A program made the translations under genes and the position numbers. DNA of 50,649 nt from a virus (taxonomy: Duplodnaviria > Caudoviricetes): positions 1-50,649 of the IMG/VR virus record IMGVR_UViG_3300038520_000510. The stretch is one strand, 5' to 3'. Each line of letters opens with the position of its first letter. The stretch's first letter is position 1. The notes beneath the pieces are model-generated. The model saw nothing but the letters and a program-made list of their open reading frames with translations. It did no database searches and was not told the DNA's origin. Positions 34,816 to 43,903 of this stretch are shown here, piece after piece.

Positions 34816-35750
34816 TGGCATCTCCATCTTCCACAACAGCCTACGGTATTTGGAAGCTAAGACAGCAACGCAATGCCAAAATGGGCAGTAATTGGCCTAC
34901 GGTAGCTCCTCCAACTGTAACAGCAAGCTATTTAGTTATTGCTGGTGGAGGTGGTGGCGGTGCTAGTCGTGGAGGAGGAGGCGGTGCTGGAGGCTATCGC
35001 AATTCATACGCTAGTGAAACATCTGGTCGTAACTCAAGCACAGAAACACCTCTTGCACTCAACACCGGAACGGCTTACACCGTTACTGTAGGAGCAGGTG
35101 GTGGAGGTGGCACTAATAATGGAACTGGAAGTAATGGCAGCAATTCAGTTATATCGGGAACAGGTATAACCACAGTTACTTCACTAGGGGGCGGGGCTGG
35201 CTCTTCTGATGATGTTGATGCTAATGATGGTGGCTCTGGTGGCGGCTCTGGTGGTGGTTCACAAGGAGCAGCTTATGGTGGTGATGGAACCGCAGGACAA
35301 GGTTTTGATGGTGGAAATGCCGCTACAGGAAATCTTAACAATCCCGGTACTGGTGGTGGTGGCGCGGGTGAAAACGGAGAAAGTATTAGCAGTACTTATG
35401 ATGCTGGCACAGGAGGAGATGGTCTATATTCACAGATTACAGGGAGCAACACAATAAGAGCAGGTGGTGGAGGCGGTAGTGCGTCTGGTGGCGGTATTAC
35501 ACCCGGTGGTTCTGGTGGCGGTGGTAGAGGTGATAATGATCAAAATGATGCCCATAATGGTACAGCAAATACAGGCGGTGGAGGTGGAGGCGTAGGTAAC
35601 GCTTCTGCTACCGGAAAGTCTGGTGGGTCTGGTATTGTTATTATCCGCATGGGCCAACAGGCCACAAGCACTACAGGAAGCCCTACTGAAAGCACAAGTG
35701 GTGGTGATTATATTTATACATTTACTGGATCAGGGAGTATAACACCCTAA
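34815..35750 (+). CDS. Glycine-rich (polyglycine II-type) adhesin, paralogue 1
   Basis: LVIAGGGGG...GGGGAGG, ANTGGGGGG and GGSGIVIIR. Confidence 0.75.
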   Translation: MASPSSTTAYGIWKLRQQRNAKMGSNWPTVAPPTVTASYLVIAGGGGGGASRGGGGGAGGYRNSYASETSGRNSSTETPLALNTGTAYTVTVGAGGGGGTNNGTGSNGSNSVISGTGITTVTSLGGGAGSSDDVDANDGGSGGGSGGGSQGAAYGGDGTAGQGFDGGNAATGNLNNPGTGGGGAGENGESISSTYDAGTGGDGLYSQITGSNTIRAGGGGGSASGGGITPGGSGGGGRGDNDQNDAHNGTANTGGGGGGVGNASATGKSGGSGIVIIRMGQQATSTTGSPTESTSGGDYIYTFTGSGSITP

Positions 35751-36631
35751 TGGCTTATCCAACTACCAGTGCAGCATCAAGTGTTTGGAACTTGAAAGAT
35801 AATTTTGACGCAGAGGCAGGAGACACATGGCCTCGCGTTGTTACAGATCTTACTGGCGAATTTATGGTTGTGGCTGGTGGAGGAGGTGGAGAAAGAGATG
35901 CTGGCGGCGGTGGCGGTGCTGGAGGATATTTAGCTGGGACAAGTCAAACTTTTGCTGATGGAGCAACTTATACCGTTACTATTGGTGCTGCGGGTGCTGG
36001 TGGAACAGGTAACGGTGCAGCGGCAGGTAGCAATAGCGTTCTAAGTGGCTCTGGACTTACCACACAAACCTCAGTAGGAGGTGGTAAAGGTGGTGGTACA
36101 GGCGGAGATCAAGGTGGTTCTGGTGGCTCTGGAGGAGGTGGAAGAAGAGGTGACTCTGGTGGTTCTGGGACATCTGGTCAGGGTAACGCTGGAGGAGACA
36201 CAAACACTAGCACAGGCTCCGGTGGCGGCGGTGGAGCCGGGGAAGCTGGAGACACAGATGGTGCTGGTTATGGCGGTGATGGCCTTCAAAATGATATAAC
36301 AGGCACTAATACCTACTACGCTGGTGGTGGGGGCGGTGGAGAAGAAAACGCAGGTTTTTCACCTAATGGTGGATGCCCCGGAGGTGATGGGGGCGGTGGC
36401 ACAGGTGGAGATGAAAATGATGTTGATGCTACTGCTGGTTCAACAAACACAGGCGGCGGTGGTGGCGGCGGTGGAAGAAAAGGTGATAGAGCAGGTGCTA
36501 ATGGTGGCTCTGGAGTTGTAATTGTTAGAGTCAATGGCCCGGTCACTTCCACAACAGGATCACCTACCGTTACTCAGGATGGTGGTGATTATATTTATAA
36601 ATTTACAGGCTCTGGGAGTTTTACAGTCTAA
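35750..36631 (+). CDS. Glycine-rich adhesin, paralogue 2
   Basis: Same motif order as paralogue 1. Confidence 0.75.
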   Translation: MAYPTTSAASSVWNLKDNFDAEAGDTWPRVVTDLTGEFMVVAGGGGGERDAGGGGGAGGYLAGTSQTFADGATYTVTIGAAGAGGTGNGAAAGSNSVLSGSGLTTQTSVGGGKGGGTGGDQGGSGGSGGGGRRGDSGGSGTSGQGNAGGDTNTSTGSGGGGGAGEAGDTDGAGYGGDGLQNDITGTNTYYAGGGGGGEENAGFSPNGGCPGGDGGGGTGGDENDVDATAGSTNTGGGGGGGGRKGDRAGANGGSGVVIVRVNGPVTSTTGSPTVTQDGGDYIYKFTGSGSFTV

Positions 36632-37503
36632 TGGCTCAGTTTCCTGCTAGTGATGGTGCTTCAGGCATCTGGAGCTTAAAAGAACAAAGTATTGCTGAAA
36701 ATGGCAATGATTGGCCTGTGGTTCCTCCTCCTAGTTTTTCTTGGCTAGTTGTTGCTGGAGGAGGCGGTGGTGGATTTGATGCTGGCGGTGGTGGTGGAGC
36801 AGGAGGTATGCTCACCGGAACTCAAACTGCTTCAGGGTCATTCACAGTTACAGTTGGAGCGGGAGCATCAGGAGGAACTAGCGGAGTACCCGGAAGTGAT
36901 GGAGCAGACTCAAGCATTTCATCAATAAGTGGAGCAACATCCACTGGTGGAGGTGGGGGCGGTTCAAATGGAAGTGAGCCGGGAAGAGATGGCGGTTCCG
37001 GTGGAGCAGCAAGAAGAAGCAACACAAATCCGGGTAGTGGCATATCAGGTCAAGGTAATGATGGTGGAGACACAAACGGTGGATCTTATGGCTCCGGTGG
37101 TGGAGGAGGTAAAGGTGCTGTTGGTGGCAGTGGAAGCAGTAGCACACGCTCAGGTGATGGTGGTGTAGGTGGAGCATCATCAATTACTGGCTCTTCCGTT
37201 TATTACGCAGGAGGCGGTGGAGGAGGCTCAGATAATAGCAACAACGGTGGTAATGGTGGTAACGGCGGTGGCGGTGCTGGTGGTAGTCGTGGCGGCAGTT
37301 ATGAAGGTACAGCTGGAACAGCTAACACTGGTGGTGGAGGTGGCGGCGGTGCATTCCAGCAAGGTGCATCAGGAGGATCTGGAGTTGTTATCATAAGTTC
37401 TCCATTAGCTGCCTCCGCAACATCAGGCTCACCAACAACTTCAACTGATGGTGACAATACAGTTTATAAATTTACAGGTTCAGGAAGTATAACTTTTGGG
37501 TAA
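36631..37503 (+). CDS. Glycine-rich adhesin, paralogue 3
   Basis: Same motif order as paralogue 1. Confidence 0.75.
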   Translation: MAQFPASDGASGIWSLKEQSIAENGNDWPVVPPPSFSWLVVAGGGGGGFDAGGGGGAGGMLTGTQTASGSFTVTVGAGASGGTSGVPGSDGADSSISSISGATSTGGGGGGSNGSEPGRDGGSGGAARRSNTNPGSGISGQGNDGGDTNGGSYGSGGGGGKGAVGGSGSSSTRSGDGGVGGASSITGSSVYYAGGGGGGSDNSNNGGNGGNGGGGAGGSRGGSYEGTAGTANTGGGGGGGAFQQGASGGSGVVIISSPLAASATSGSPTTSTDGDNTVYKFTGSGSITFG

Positions 37504-37508
37504 GAGAT

Positions 37509-37865
37509 ATGGCACATTTTGCAGAAATTGGACTAGATAATGTTGTGTTGAGGGTTGTTGTAGTACACAACGATGAAGTATTGGATTCAGAAGGTGTAGA
37601 GCAAGAATCTCTTGGTGCAGAATTTTGCCGTAATCTTTTTGGCGGGACATGGGTACAAACAAGTTACAATTCTAACTTCCGTAAAAATTTTGCAGGGAAA
37701 GGCTGTACATATGATTCAGAGAGGGATGCATTTATTCCTATCCAACCTTACCCATCATGGACTTTAGACGAAACAACTTGTTGTTGGGAACCTCCTACAC
37801 CCTTGCCAGATAATACTAATAGTTATAGTTGGGATGAAGATTCTCTAAGCTGGGTAAGTTCTTAA
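37509..37865 (+). CDS. Tail-fibre-associated protein
   Basis: MAHFAE...N.V..V.VV, W.QTSYN..FRKN.AG and P.PSW.L....W..P.P.P motifs. Confidence 0.7.
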   Translation: MAHFAEIGLDNVVLRVVVVHNDEVLDSEGVEQESLGAEFCRNLFGGTWVQTSYNSNFRKNFAGKGCTYDSERDAFIPIQPYPSWTLDETTCCWEPPTPLPDNTNSYSWDEDSLSWVSS

Positions 37866-38087
37866 ATGGACTACCAAGTCTTATTTAACATAACAATCGG
37901 TATAGCAGGATTTGTTATAGGTTTTATATTCAGTAGAATATTTACAGAGCTAGATAAGCTAGATGATGACGTAAGTAATATTACAAAAGAATATGTAAAC
38001 AAAGAAGACTACAGACATAATGACTCCGAAATAAAAGAAAAGATTCGGGGTATTTTTAGAAGACTAGATAATAAAGTGGATAAGTAA
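37866..38087 (+). CDS. Small membrane protein (N-terminal TM helix plus coiled coil)
   Basis: Hydrophobic residues 5-24; YV.K.DY...IF..LD.K.DK. Confidence 0.75.
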   Translation: MDYQVLFNITIGIAGFVIGFIFSRIFTELDKLDDDVSNITKEYVNKEDYRHNDSEIKEKIRGIFRRLDNKVDK

Positions 38088-38329
38088 TGAATGAAGAGCA
38101 ACTAGAATTAATTATCCATGCTGCGGCTCAAGAGGGGGCAAAGCAAGCATTAAAGGAAATAGGACTTTCTGATGAGTGTGCCTACGATGACGTAAAAGAA
38201 TTACGTGGGCTTTTAGATTCTTGGAGAGCTACAAAAACTACCGTTGGTCAAACAATAGCTAGGATGTTGACTACTGCTGTTCTTACAGCTTTAGCAGTTG
38301 GTATTTATATGGGATGGGGAGGCGAGTAA
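38087..38329 (+). CDS. Small membrane protein (C-terminal TM helix)
   Basis: AA..GAK.AL..IGL.D....D..ELR.LL..WR. Confidence 0.75.
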   Translation: MNEEQLELIIHAAAQEGAKQALKEIGLSDECAYDDVKELRGLLDSWRATKTTVGQTIARMLTTAVLTALAVGIYMGWGGE

Positions 38330-38439
38330 TGAGAAGATTATTAGATAATGGAAAGCCTTTACCTAATATATCTTGGAAGCTCATAAAGTCTTTTTGGTAC
38401 TACTTTGTGATATTTTTTATTTTTGTGGTGATATTATGA
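38329..38439 (+). CDS. 36-aa membrane peptide (not in ORF track)
   Basis: TAATG and ATGA overlaps on either side; hydrophobic C-terminus. Confidence 0.55.
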   Translation: MRRLLDNGKPLPNISWKLIKSFWYYFVIFFIFVVIL

Positions 38440-38591
38440 TTAGTTGGTTGAATGTAGTATTAGAAAAGTGTCAAGACTATTTGACTAGAGCAAAGGCTTG
38501 GTTAGATGCTGAAAGGTCTGTGAAGAATAGAACAGTGGTACTACTATCTAGTCTTGCTGTAGTTGCTGTGCTGGTATTGGTAGCTATCTAA
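38436..38591 (+). CDS. Small membrane protein (start at MISWL)
   Basis: C-terminal TM helix; TAATG coupling to the next gene. Confidence 0.6.
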   Translation: MISWLNVVLEKCQDYLTRAKAWLDAERSVKNRTVVLLSSLAVVAVLVLVAI

Positions 38592-38998
38592 TGCTTGGTT
38601 TAATCTCTAGCTTAATCGGGCCTGTATCAGATATTTTAGATAAGGTTGTAACTGATAAAGATCTAAAAGATAAACTAGCACATGATATAGCTACTATGGC
38701 AGAGCGTCATGCTCATGAAGTAGTTAAGGCCCAGATAGAGGTAAACAAAACAGAAGCACAGCATCACAGTATGTTTGTAGCTGGCTGGAGACCTGCAATC
38801 GGTTGGGTCTGCTGTCTGGGAATGGCAGGTAACTTTTTAATAATACCTTTTGTAAATATGGCTCTAGAGCTTTTAGAAACTGGAGTAGTAGTACCTATGA
38901 TAGAGCTTGATCTTATGATGCCTGTACTTATGGGTATGCTAGGTCTTGGTGCTATGAGGACAGTAGAAAAAGTTAAGAAGGTAGATAGGAAAGTATAA
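38591..38998 (+). CDS. Putative holin (GTA 3TM holin-like)
   Basis: EA.H.S.FVAGWRP.IGW.C and L.GMLGLG..RT.EK motifs. Confidence 0.75.
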   Translation: MLGLISSLIGPVSDILDKVVTDKDLKDKLAHDIATMAERHAHEVVKAQIEVNKTEAQHHSMFVAGWRPAIGWVCCLGMAGNFLIIPFVNMALELLETGVVVPMIELDLMMPVLMGMLGLGAMRTVEKVKKVDRKV

Positions 38999-39285
38999 TG
39001 GCTAAAAAGAAAGACCCTAGATTAGCTAGAGCAGGAGTTGCAGGTTTTAATAAGCCTAAGAGAACTCCTAGTCATCCTACTAAAAGTCATGTCGTTGTAG
39101 CCAAGGTAGGAGATAAAGTAAAAACAATTCGCTTTGGTCAGCAAGGTGTAAAAGGTGCAGGTAAGAATCCTAAGACAGCTAAAGATAAAGCAAGAAGAAA
39201 ATCTTACTATGCTAGGCATAACGCACAGGATTCTAGTCCTTCAAAGCTATCGGCTAGGTTTTGGTCGCACAAGGTTAAGTGGTGA
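38998..39285 (+). CDS. Basic hypothetical protein
   Basis: NKPKRTP.HP.KSH.V...IRFGQQG...R.S..ARH...SA..WS...W. Confidence 0.8.
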   Translation: MAKKKDPRLARAGVAGFNKPKRTPSHPTKSHVVVAKVGDKVKTIRFGQQGVKGAGKNPKTAKDKARRKSYYARHNAQDSSPSKLSARFWSHKVKW

Positions 39286-39290
39286 TATAG

Positions 39291-42200
39291 ATGAGTATGC
39301 ATGACGAAGATCGTGATTTTGCAGGTAGCATAAATCCAGACGATTTAAGAGAAGCTCAGATGGAGCAAAGGAAGCTAAACACTGCTGCTGGTGGTACTGA
39401 CACTGTTAAAGGCGGCGGGGGTAATGACACTCTTATTGGGGGTGGGGGTAATGATACTCTTACTGACCCTAAAACCCCTAGCCCTGATCTTGCTGCTGCT
39501 GTTCAATATGCACAAAGCGGAGCAGATAATTTAAGTATTGCAAGATATGTGCGTGATAATAATATAAATCTAAACGAGTTAGCAGATGAATTACAAGTAG
39601 ATAGGGGTGTAGCTAATAAGATGTTCTCTGCACTCACAGATGATCCTACTGCTAGAGTTGTAGAGTTTCAACAAAACAATCCTAATGCCACTAATACTGA
39701 GCTTGCTAGATTTATAAGAGACACAGGAGCAGACATAAATTTAGTAGCAGATGCTTTAGACATTAATAGAGATACTGCTACTCAAATGTATCAGGACGCT
39801 CTAGGCTCTGAGTTTGAGACTGCTCAAGTAGCTGCAACTGAAGTGGCTGGGATTGAAGATGACACACCCGGATCTTTTACAGTCCCTACAGTCAATGTTG
39901 CAGATTATGTACGTGAACCCGAAACCGCTTCTGTAGATACCTCTAAAGGTATAACGTCAGATGAAGCTATTAAACAACTAAACGATTATGTAGATATAGT
40001 TGCTCCTGCTGATGTAACTGCTGCTCAGATAGAAACAGCGGTAGCAAATGTAAAGACGGGTATTACCTCTGGTCAGATAGCTGCTTCACAATATGAAGCT
40101 GCTTTGGCAAATGAGCTAAATAGAACTGTTCCAGCTATAGGAAACCAAAGACCTCCTATAACTGTAGATGAACTTAAAGATCTTAGTTCCAGAGCAGCGG
40201 CTGCACAGATGGGAGATACCACATCTGGTATGGCTCAAGCAGCTCAGTTTACTATTAGTCCTGATTCTTTTGTACCCGGAGTTACAGCAGCAGACATAAG
40301 AGTCTCTGAAACTCCTGAGATAGAAGCGCAGCAAAGACAAGCACTAACTACAACCTCTTCAACAGGTGTAGAGGCTCGTATAACAGATACAGTAAATTTT
40401 GAAGCTGCTCAAACTAGAGCGATTACGGGTGACGCTGCTAAAGGTGCTGCTGCACAGATGGTGGCAGAAGTAGGACAGATACCAGATGCTATAGCTGCAA
40501 CAATCGCGGAAGATCCTGCGTCAGTAACAGCAGCTATAGATACACAGGACATAACTGTTCAGGCAGCTGTCGCAGCATTACCTAATGAAGCTCTAGTATC
40601 TTCACAGTTAGAGACACTCTTGGGAGGTCTTGAAACTGGTGAGATACCTACTTGGGCAAGACCTGCTGTAGATATTGTAGAGGCTAGATTAGCTGAAAGA
40701 GGTATGGCAGTCTCTACTGTTGCTAGAGATTCATTGTTTAACGCTATCATACAAAATGCAGTGCCTATAGCTCAAGCAAATGCACAGGCTTTACAGCAGC
40801 GTTCATCTCAAAACTTAGCGAATGAGCAACAGGCTAATTTACAGACTGCACAATTAAACTCTACTAGAAGACTTCAAAATCTTGCTAACCAGCAGACTGC
40901 TGCAAGTCAAACGGCGCAGTTTGCACAGAATATACAACAAATTCAAAGTGAGTTTACTCAAGAAGCTGCTTTGCTTACTGCACAACAAGCGCAGCAAATT
41001 AGAACTCAAAATCTAGCTAATCGTCAGAGAACAGCAGAACTTAATGTACAAAATCAACAAGCATCTAATGCATTAAATTTATCTAATGAACAGCAGATAG
41101 AACTTGCAAACTTAGAAATTTTGAATCTTGCGGAACGCGAAAATATGTCTGCACAGAATCAAGAGAGACTTGCAGAGTTTCAAGTAGCCGCAGATTTTTT
41201 AGCTAGGAATGCAGCTTTTAAACAGCAGATGGAGTTAGCTAATTTAGATGCTGACCAACAGGTGCGACTAGCAAATCTAACGGCACTAAACAATGCCTCA
41301 TCAGATAATTTAAATGCTGCACAACAAACAGAGTTAGCAAACCTAAACTCAAGGATGCAGACAAATCTTGCACAGGCTGAAATAGCTCAAAGAATGGGTG
41401 TTGCACAATTAAGTGCTGACCAACAAAAAGCTGTAGAAAATGCTAGATTAGTTGCTAATGTTGATTTAACTAAGTTTAACGCTGACCAGCAAGTGCAGCT
41501 TGCTAATAGTCAATTCATGCAGACTGTAACATTGACTGATTTTAATGCTAGGCAACAAGCAGCTATGCAGAATGCCACAGCTTTAGCATCTTTAGATTTA
41601 GCAACTGTTGATCAAAGGACTAGAGTGGCTATAGAAAATGCTAATAATTTTTTACAGTTTGATTTAGCTAATTTATCTAATGAGCAACAAGCAATTATAT
41701 TAGATCAGCAAATAAAACAGCAGACGCTACTGTCAGAGCAATCTGCTCAAAATGCAGCTAGACAATTTAATGCCCAAACACAAAATCAAATAAACCAATT
41801 TAACGCTAGTTTAGCTGCACAGATGGAACAGTTTAATGTGGCTCAACAAAATGCTATGGCACAGTTTAATGTTACTGAAAAGAATAGGGTAGCTGCTATA
41901 AATTCTGGAAACGACATAGATGTTGAAAAGTTCAATAATCAACTAATGGTTCAACTGGATCAATTTAATGCACAGATAGATCAGCAAAGAGAAATGTGGA
42001 ATGCTCAAAACTCACAAGCTATAGAGCAGTCTAATACTGAATGGCGTAGGCAAGCTAATACAATAAACACGGCAGCTGAAAATGCAGCAAACGCAACAGC
42101 GGCTCAACAGGCTTACAATATTACGACTCAAGAGCTTGCAAACATTTGGCAACAGCTTAGAGATGATGCTACCTATGCAAGAACAGCTTTTGAGAATGAA

Positions 42201-42317
42201 GAGCAACGTAAAACTACTTTGTATGCTACAGCACTAGCAAATGAGCCGGGAGAAGCGGGAAGCACAGACTATGTTACTCAGCTTGTAAATATGGTTGATG
42301 GAATGTATGAGGATTAG
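39291..42317 (+). CDS. Internal virion/ejection protein with a long Q/A/N-rich coiled coil
   Basis: 1008 aa; repeated LAN/QFN motifs; N-terminal GGxGxDxL repeats; first of four large genes. Confidence 0.7.
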   Translation: MSMHDEDRDFAGSINPDDLREAQMEQRKLNTAAGGTDTVKGGGGNDTLIGGGGNDTLTDPKTPSPDLAAAVQYAQSGADNLSIARYVRDNNINLNELADELQVDRGVANKMFSALTDDPTARVVEFQQNNPNATNTELARFIRDTGADINLVADALDINRDTATQMYQDALGSEFETAQVAATEVAGIEDDTPGSFTVPTVNVADYVREPETASVDTSKGITSDEAIKQLNDYVDIVAPADVTAAQIETAVANVKTGITSGQIAASQYEAALANELNRTVPAIGNQRPPITVDELKDLSSRAAAAQMGDTTSGMAQAAQFTISPDSFVPGVTAADIRVSETPEIEAQQRQALTTTSSTGVEARITDTVNFEAAQTRAITGDAAKGAAAQMVAEVGQIPDAIAATIAEDPASVTAAIDTQDITVQAAVAALPNEALVSSQLETLLGGLETGEIPTWARPAVDIVEARLAERGMAVSTVARDSLFNAIIQNAVPIAQANAQALQQRSSQNLANEQQANLQTAQLNSTRRLQNLANQQTAASQTAQFAQNIQQIQSEFTQEAALLTAQQAQQIRTQNLANRQRTAELNVQNQQASNALNLSNEQQIELANLEILNLAERENMSAQNQERLAEFQVAADFLARNAAFKQQMELANLDADQQVRLANLTALNNASSDNLNAAQQTELANLNSRMQTNLAQAEIAQRMGVAQLSADQQKAVENARLVANVDLTKFNADQQVQLANSQFMQTVTLTDFNARQQAAMQNATALASLDLATVDQRTRVAIENANNFLQFDLANLSNEQQAIILDQQIKQQTLLSEQSAQNAARQFNAQTQNQINQFNASLAAQMEQFNVAQQNAMAQFNVTEKNRVAAINSGNDIDVEKFNNQLMVQLDQFNAQIDQQREMWNAQNSQAIEQSNTEWRRQANTINTAAENAANATAAQQAYNITTQELANIWQQLRDDATYARTAFENEEQRKTTLYATALANEPGEAGSTDYVTQLVNMVDGMYED

Positions 42318-42319
42318 AA

Positions 42320-43345
42320 ATGGGATTTTTTAGTAAAATATTTAAAGGCGTTAAAAAAGTCTTTAAAAAGATTGGCAAGGGCATTAAAAAAGTTGCTACT
42401 AAAGTTGGCAAGTTTATGGGCAAGATCGGAGTTGTTGGTCAGATTGCTTTGGCTTTTGTTCTTCCCGGCATTGGATCAGCCCTAGCAAGCACCCTAGGTA
42501 ATGTAGGGACATGGGCAGCAGCCACACTCGCTAATCCTGCAACAAATGCTTTGGTAAAAGGAGTAGCTCATGTAGTTAATGGGGCTGTTAGATTTGCAGC
42601 TGGTACTGGGAGAGTATTTAATACTGTCACAAGTGCTGTAAAAAACTACGTGGGTGAAGTAGGTAAAACCATGCTGAACAAGGTACCCGGAATAAATATA
42701 GAAAATGCTTCTACTAATATATTTGGGCCGGGTGGGGCGTTAGAAAAAGCAGCGGCTGCTACAGGAGAAACATTTAATACTACCATAGGCAGTAAAGATT
42801 GGTGGGATGGGTATTTAAGACCTCCTGAAAATATTGCGAAAGGTTTTATGGGGCCGCGAAGACCTGAAGATTTTATTTCTACTCAGCAAGAGTATGATGA
42901 TTTCTTTAAAAGAGTTGGTTCAGATATGGAAAGTCGAGCAGTAACTGAAGTTACTTCTCCTAGTTTACTAGATCAGTATAGTCAAAGACCTGTTACTGGA
43001 CAAATGACTGAAGCATCTGCTAAAGATTTTATGAATGTTTATGAGTCAGTAACTCCAGTTGTCGAAGATGTAGTAGAAGAAACTGGATTTAACATTTCAG
43101 AAAAAGCTCTTAGTGCAACTGCGCTAGAGGGAGCTAAACAATATAGCAGTCTAATGGCCGCTTCTGAGCCTGAGTTTGTAGACATGGGAATGAGAGGACA
43201 AGTAATAGAAACTTCACCACTTTATCAAGTAGGACAATCTCAAGTTCCAGTTGGATTTGGTGCGCCACAAGTTATGGAAGACATGAGACAATTTGGCGGT
43301 ATGATTTATACTCCTAGAACAACATATGCTAGTCGGATGACATAA
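42320..43345 (+). CDS. Probable ejection (DNA transfer) protein with an amphipathic N-terminus
   Basis: MGFFSKIFKGVKKVFKKIGKGIKKV followed by a hydrophobic Gly/Ala segment. Confidence 0.65.
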   Translation: MGFFSKIFKGVKKVFKKIGKGIKKVATKVGKFMGKIGVVGQIALAFVLPGIGSALASTLGNVGTWAAATLANPATNALVKGVAHVVNGAVRFAAGTGRVFNTVTSAVKNYVGEVGKTMLNKVPGINIENASTNIFGPGGALEKAAAATGETFNTTIGSKDWWDGYLRPPENIAKGFMGPRRPEDFISTQQEYDDFFKRVGSDMESRAVTEVTSPSLLDQYSQRPVTGQMTEASAKDFMNVYESVTPVVEDVVEETGFNISEKALSATALEGAKQYSSLMAASEPEFVDMGMRGQVIETSPLYQVGQSQVPVGFGAPQVMEDMRQFGGMIYTPRTTYASRMT

Positions 43346-43348
43346 ATT

Positions 43349-43897
43349 ATGGATACAAGATATGTAGACAACATTCTAAGGTCTGGTAGATCTATTCCGG
43401 GTCAATCACTTACAAATGACTTTGAAGAAAGAAAAAGTTTTGAAAAAGCACCACAGATAACAAACCTTAGAGAAGGGATGGAGTTTATTTTTGGTAGGCT
43501 CATTGGAGAAGAAACTTATCCTCAAATACTAGAATTAGTAGGTGCTGGTGTCCCAGTTATGGAGGTTACTCAAAACATTCTTTTTCAGGGATTTGAGAGG
43601 GGCGTGTTTAATCCTGATTTGATGTTGCTACTAGCAGAGCCGACAGCATATATGATCATGGCTTTGTGCGAGAGAGCAAATATAAATTATAGAATCTATC
43701 AGGGAGAAGAAGAAGAAGAGGCAGCAGAGGATGCTACTATAAATTACGCTGCTCAAGGCACTAGGTTGAATGAGTTTAAAAAGACTAAGCAGATTCCAGA
43801 CGGTGCTTTACCTCCTGAGATAATGGAAAAGATAGAAACTTTGCCTGATGAAAATAGTTTGATGGCTCAACCAGAACCTAGCCTATTAGGAAGGTAA
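43349..43897 (+). CDS. Conserved hypothetical virion-region protein
   Basis: IPGQSLT...E..P and GF..G..NPD..LL..EP motifs. Confidence 0.75.
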   Translation: MDTRYVDNILRSGRSIPGQSLTNDFEERKSFEKAPQITNLREGMEFIFGRLIGEETYPQILELVGAGVPVMEVTQNILFQGFERGVFNPDLMLLLAEPTAYMIMALCERANINYRIYQGEEEEEAAEDATINYAAQGTRLNEFKKTKQIPDGALPPEIMEKIETLPDENSLMAQPEPSLLGR

Positions 43898-43903
43898 GTA
43901 GAA

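Noticed and set aside
32330-37396. Long antisense and alternate-frame ORFs over the fibre and glycine-rich genes
   Set aside because: They are shadows of repetitive, biased codon usage, with no SD or protein-like features.
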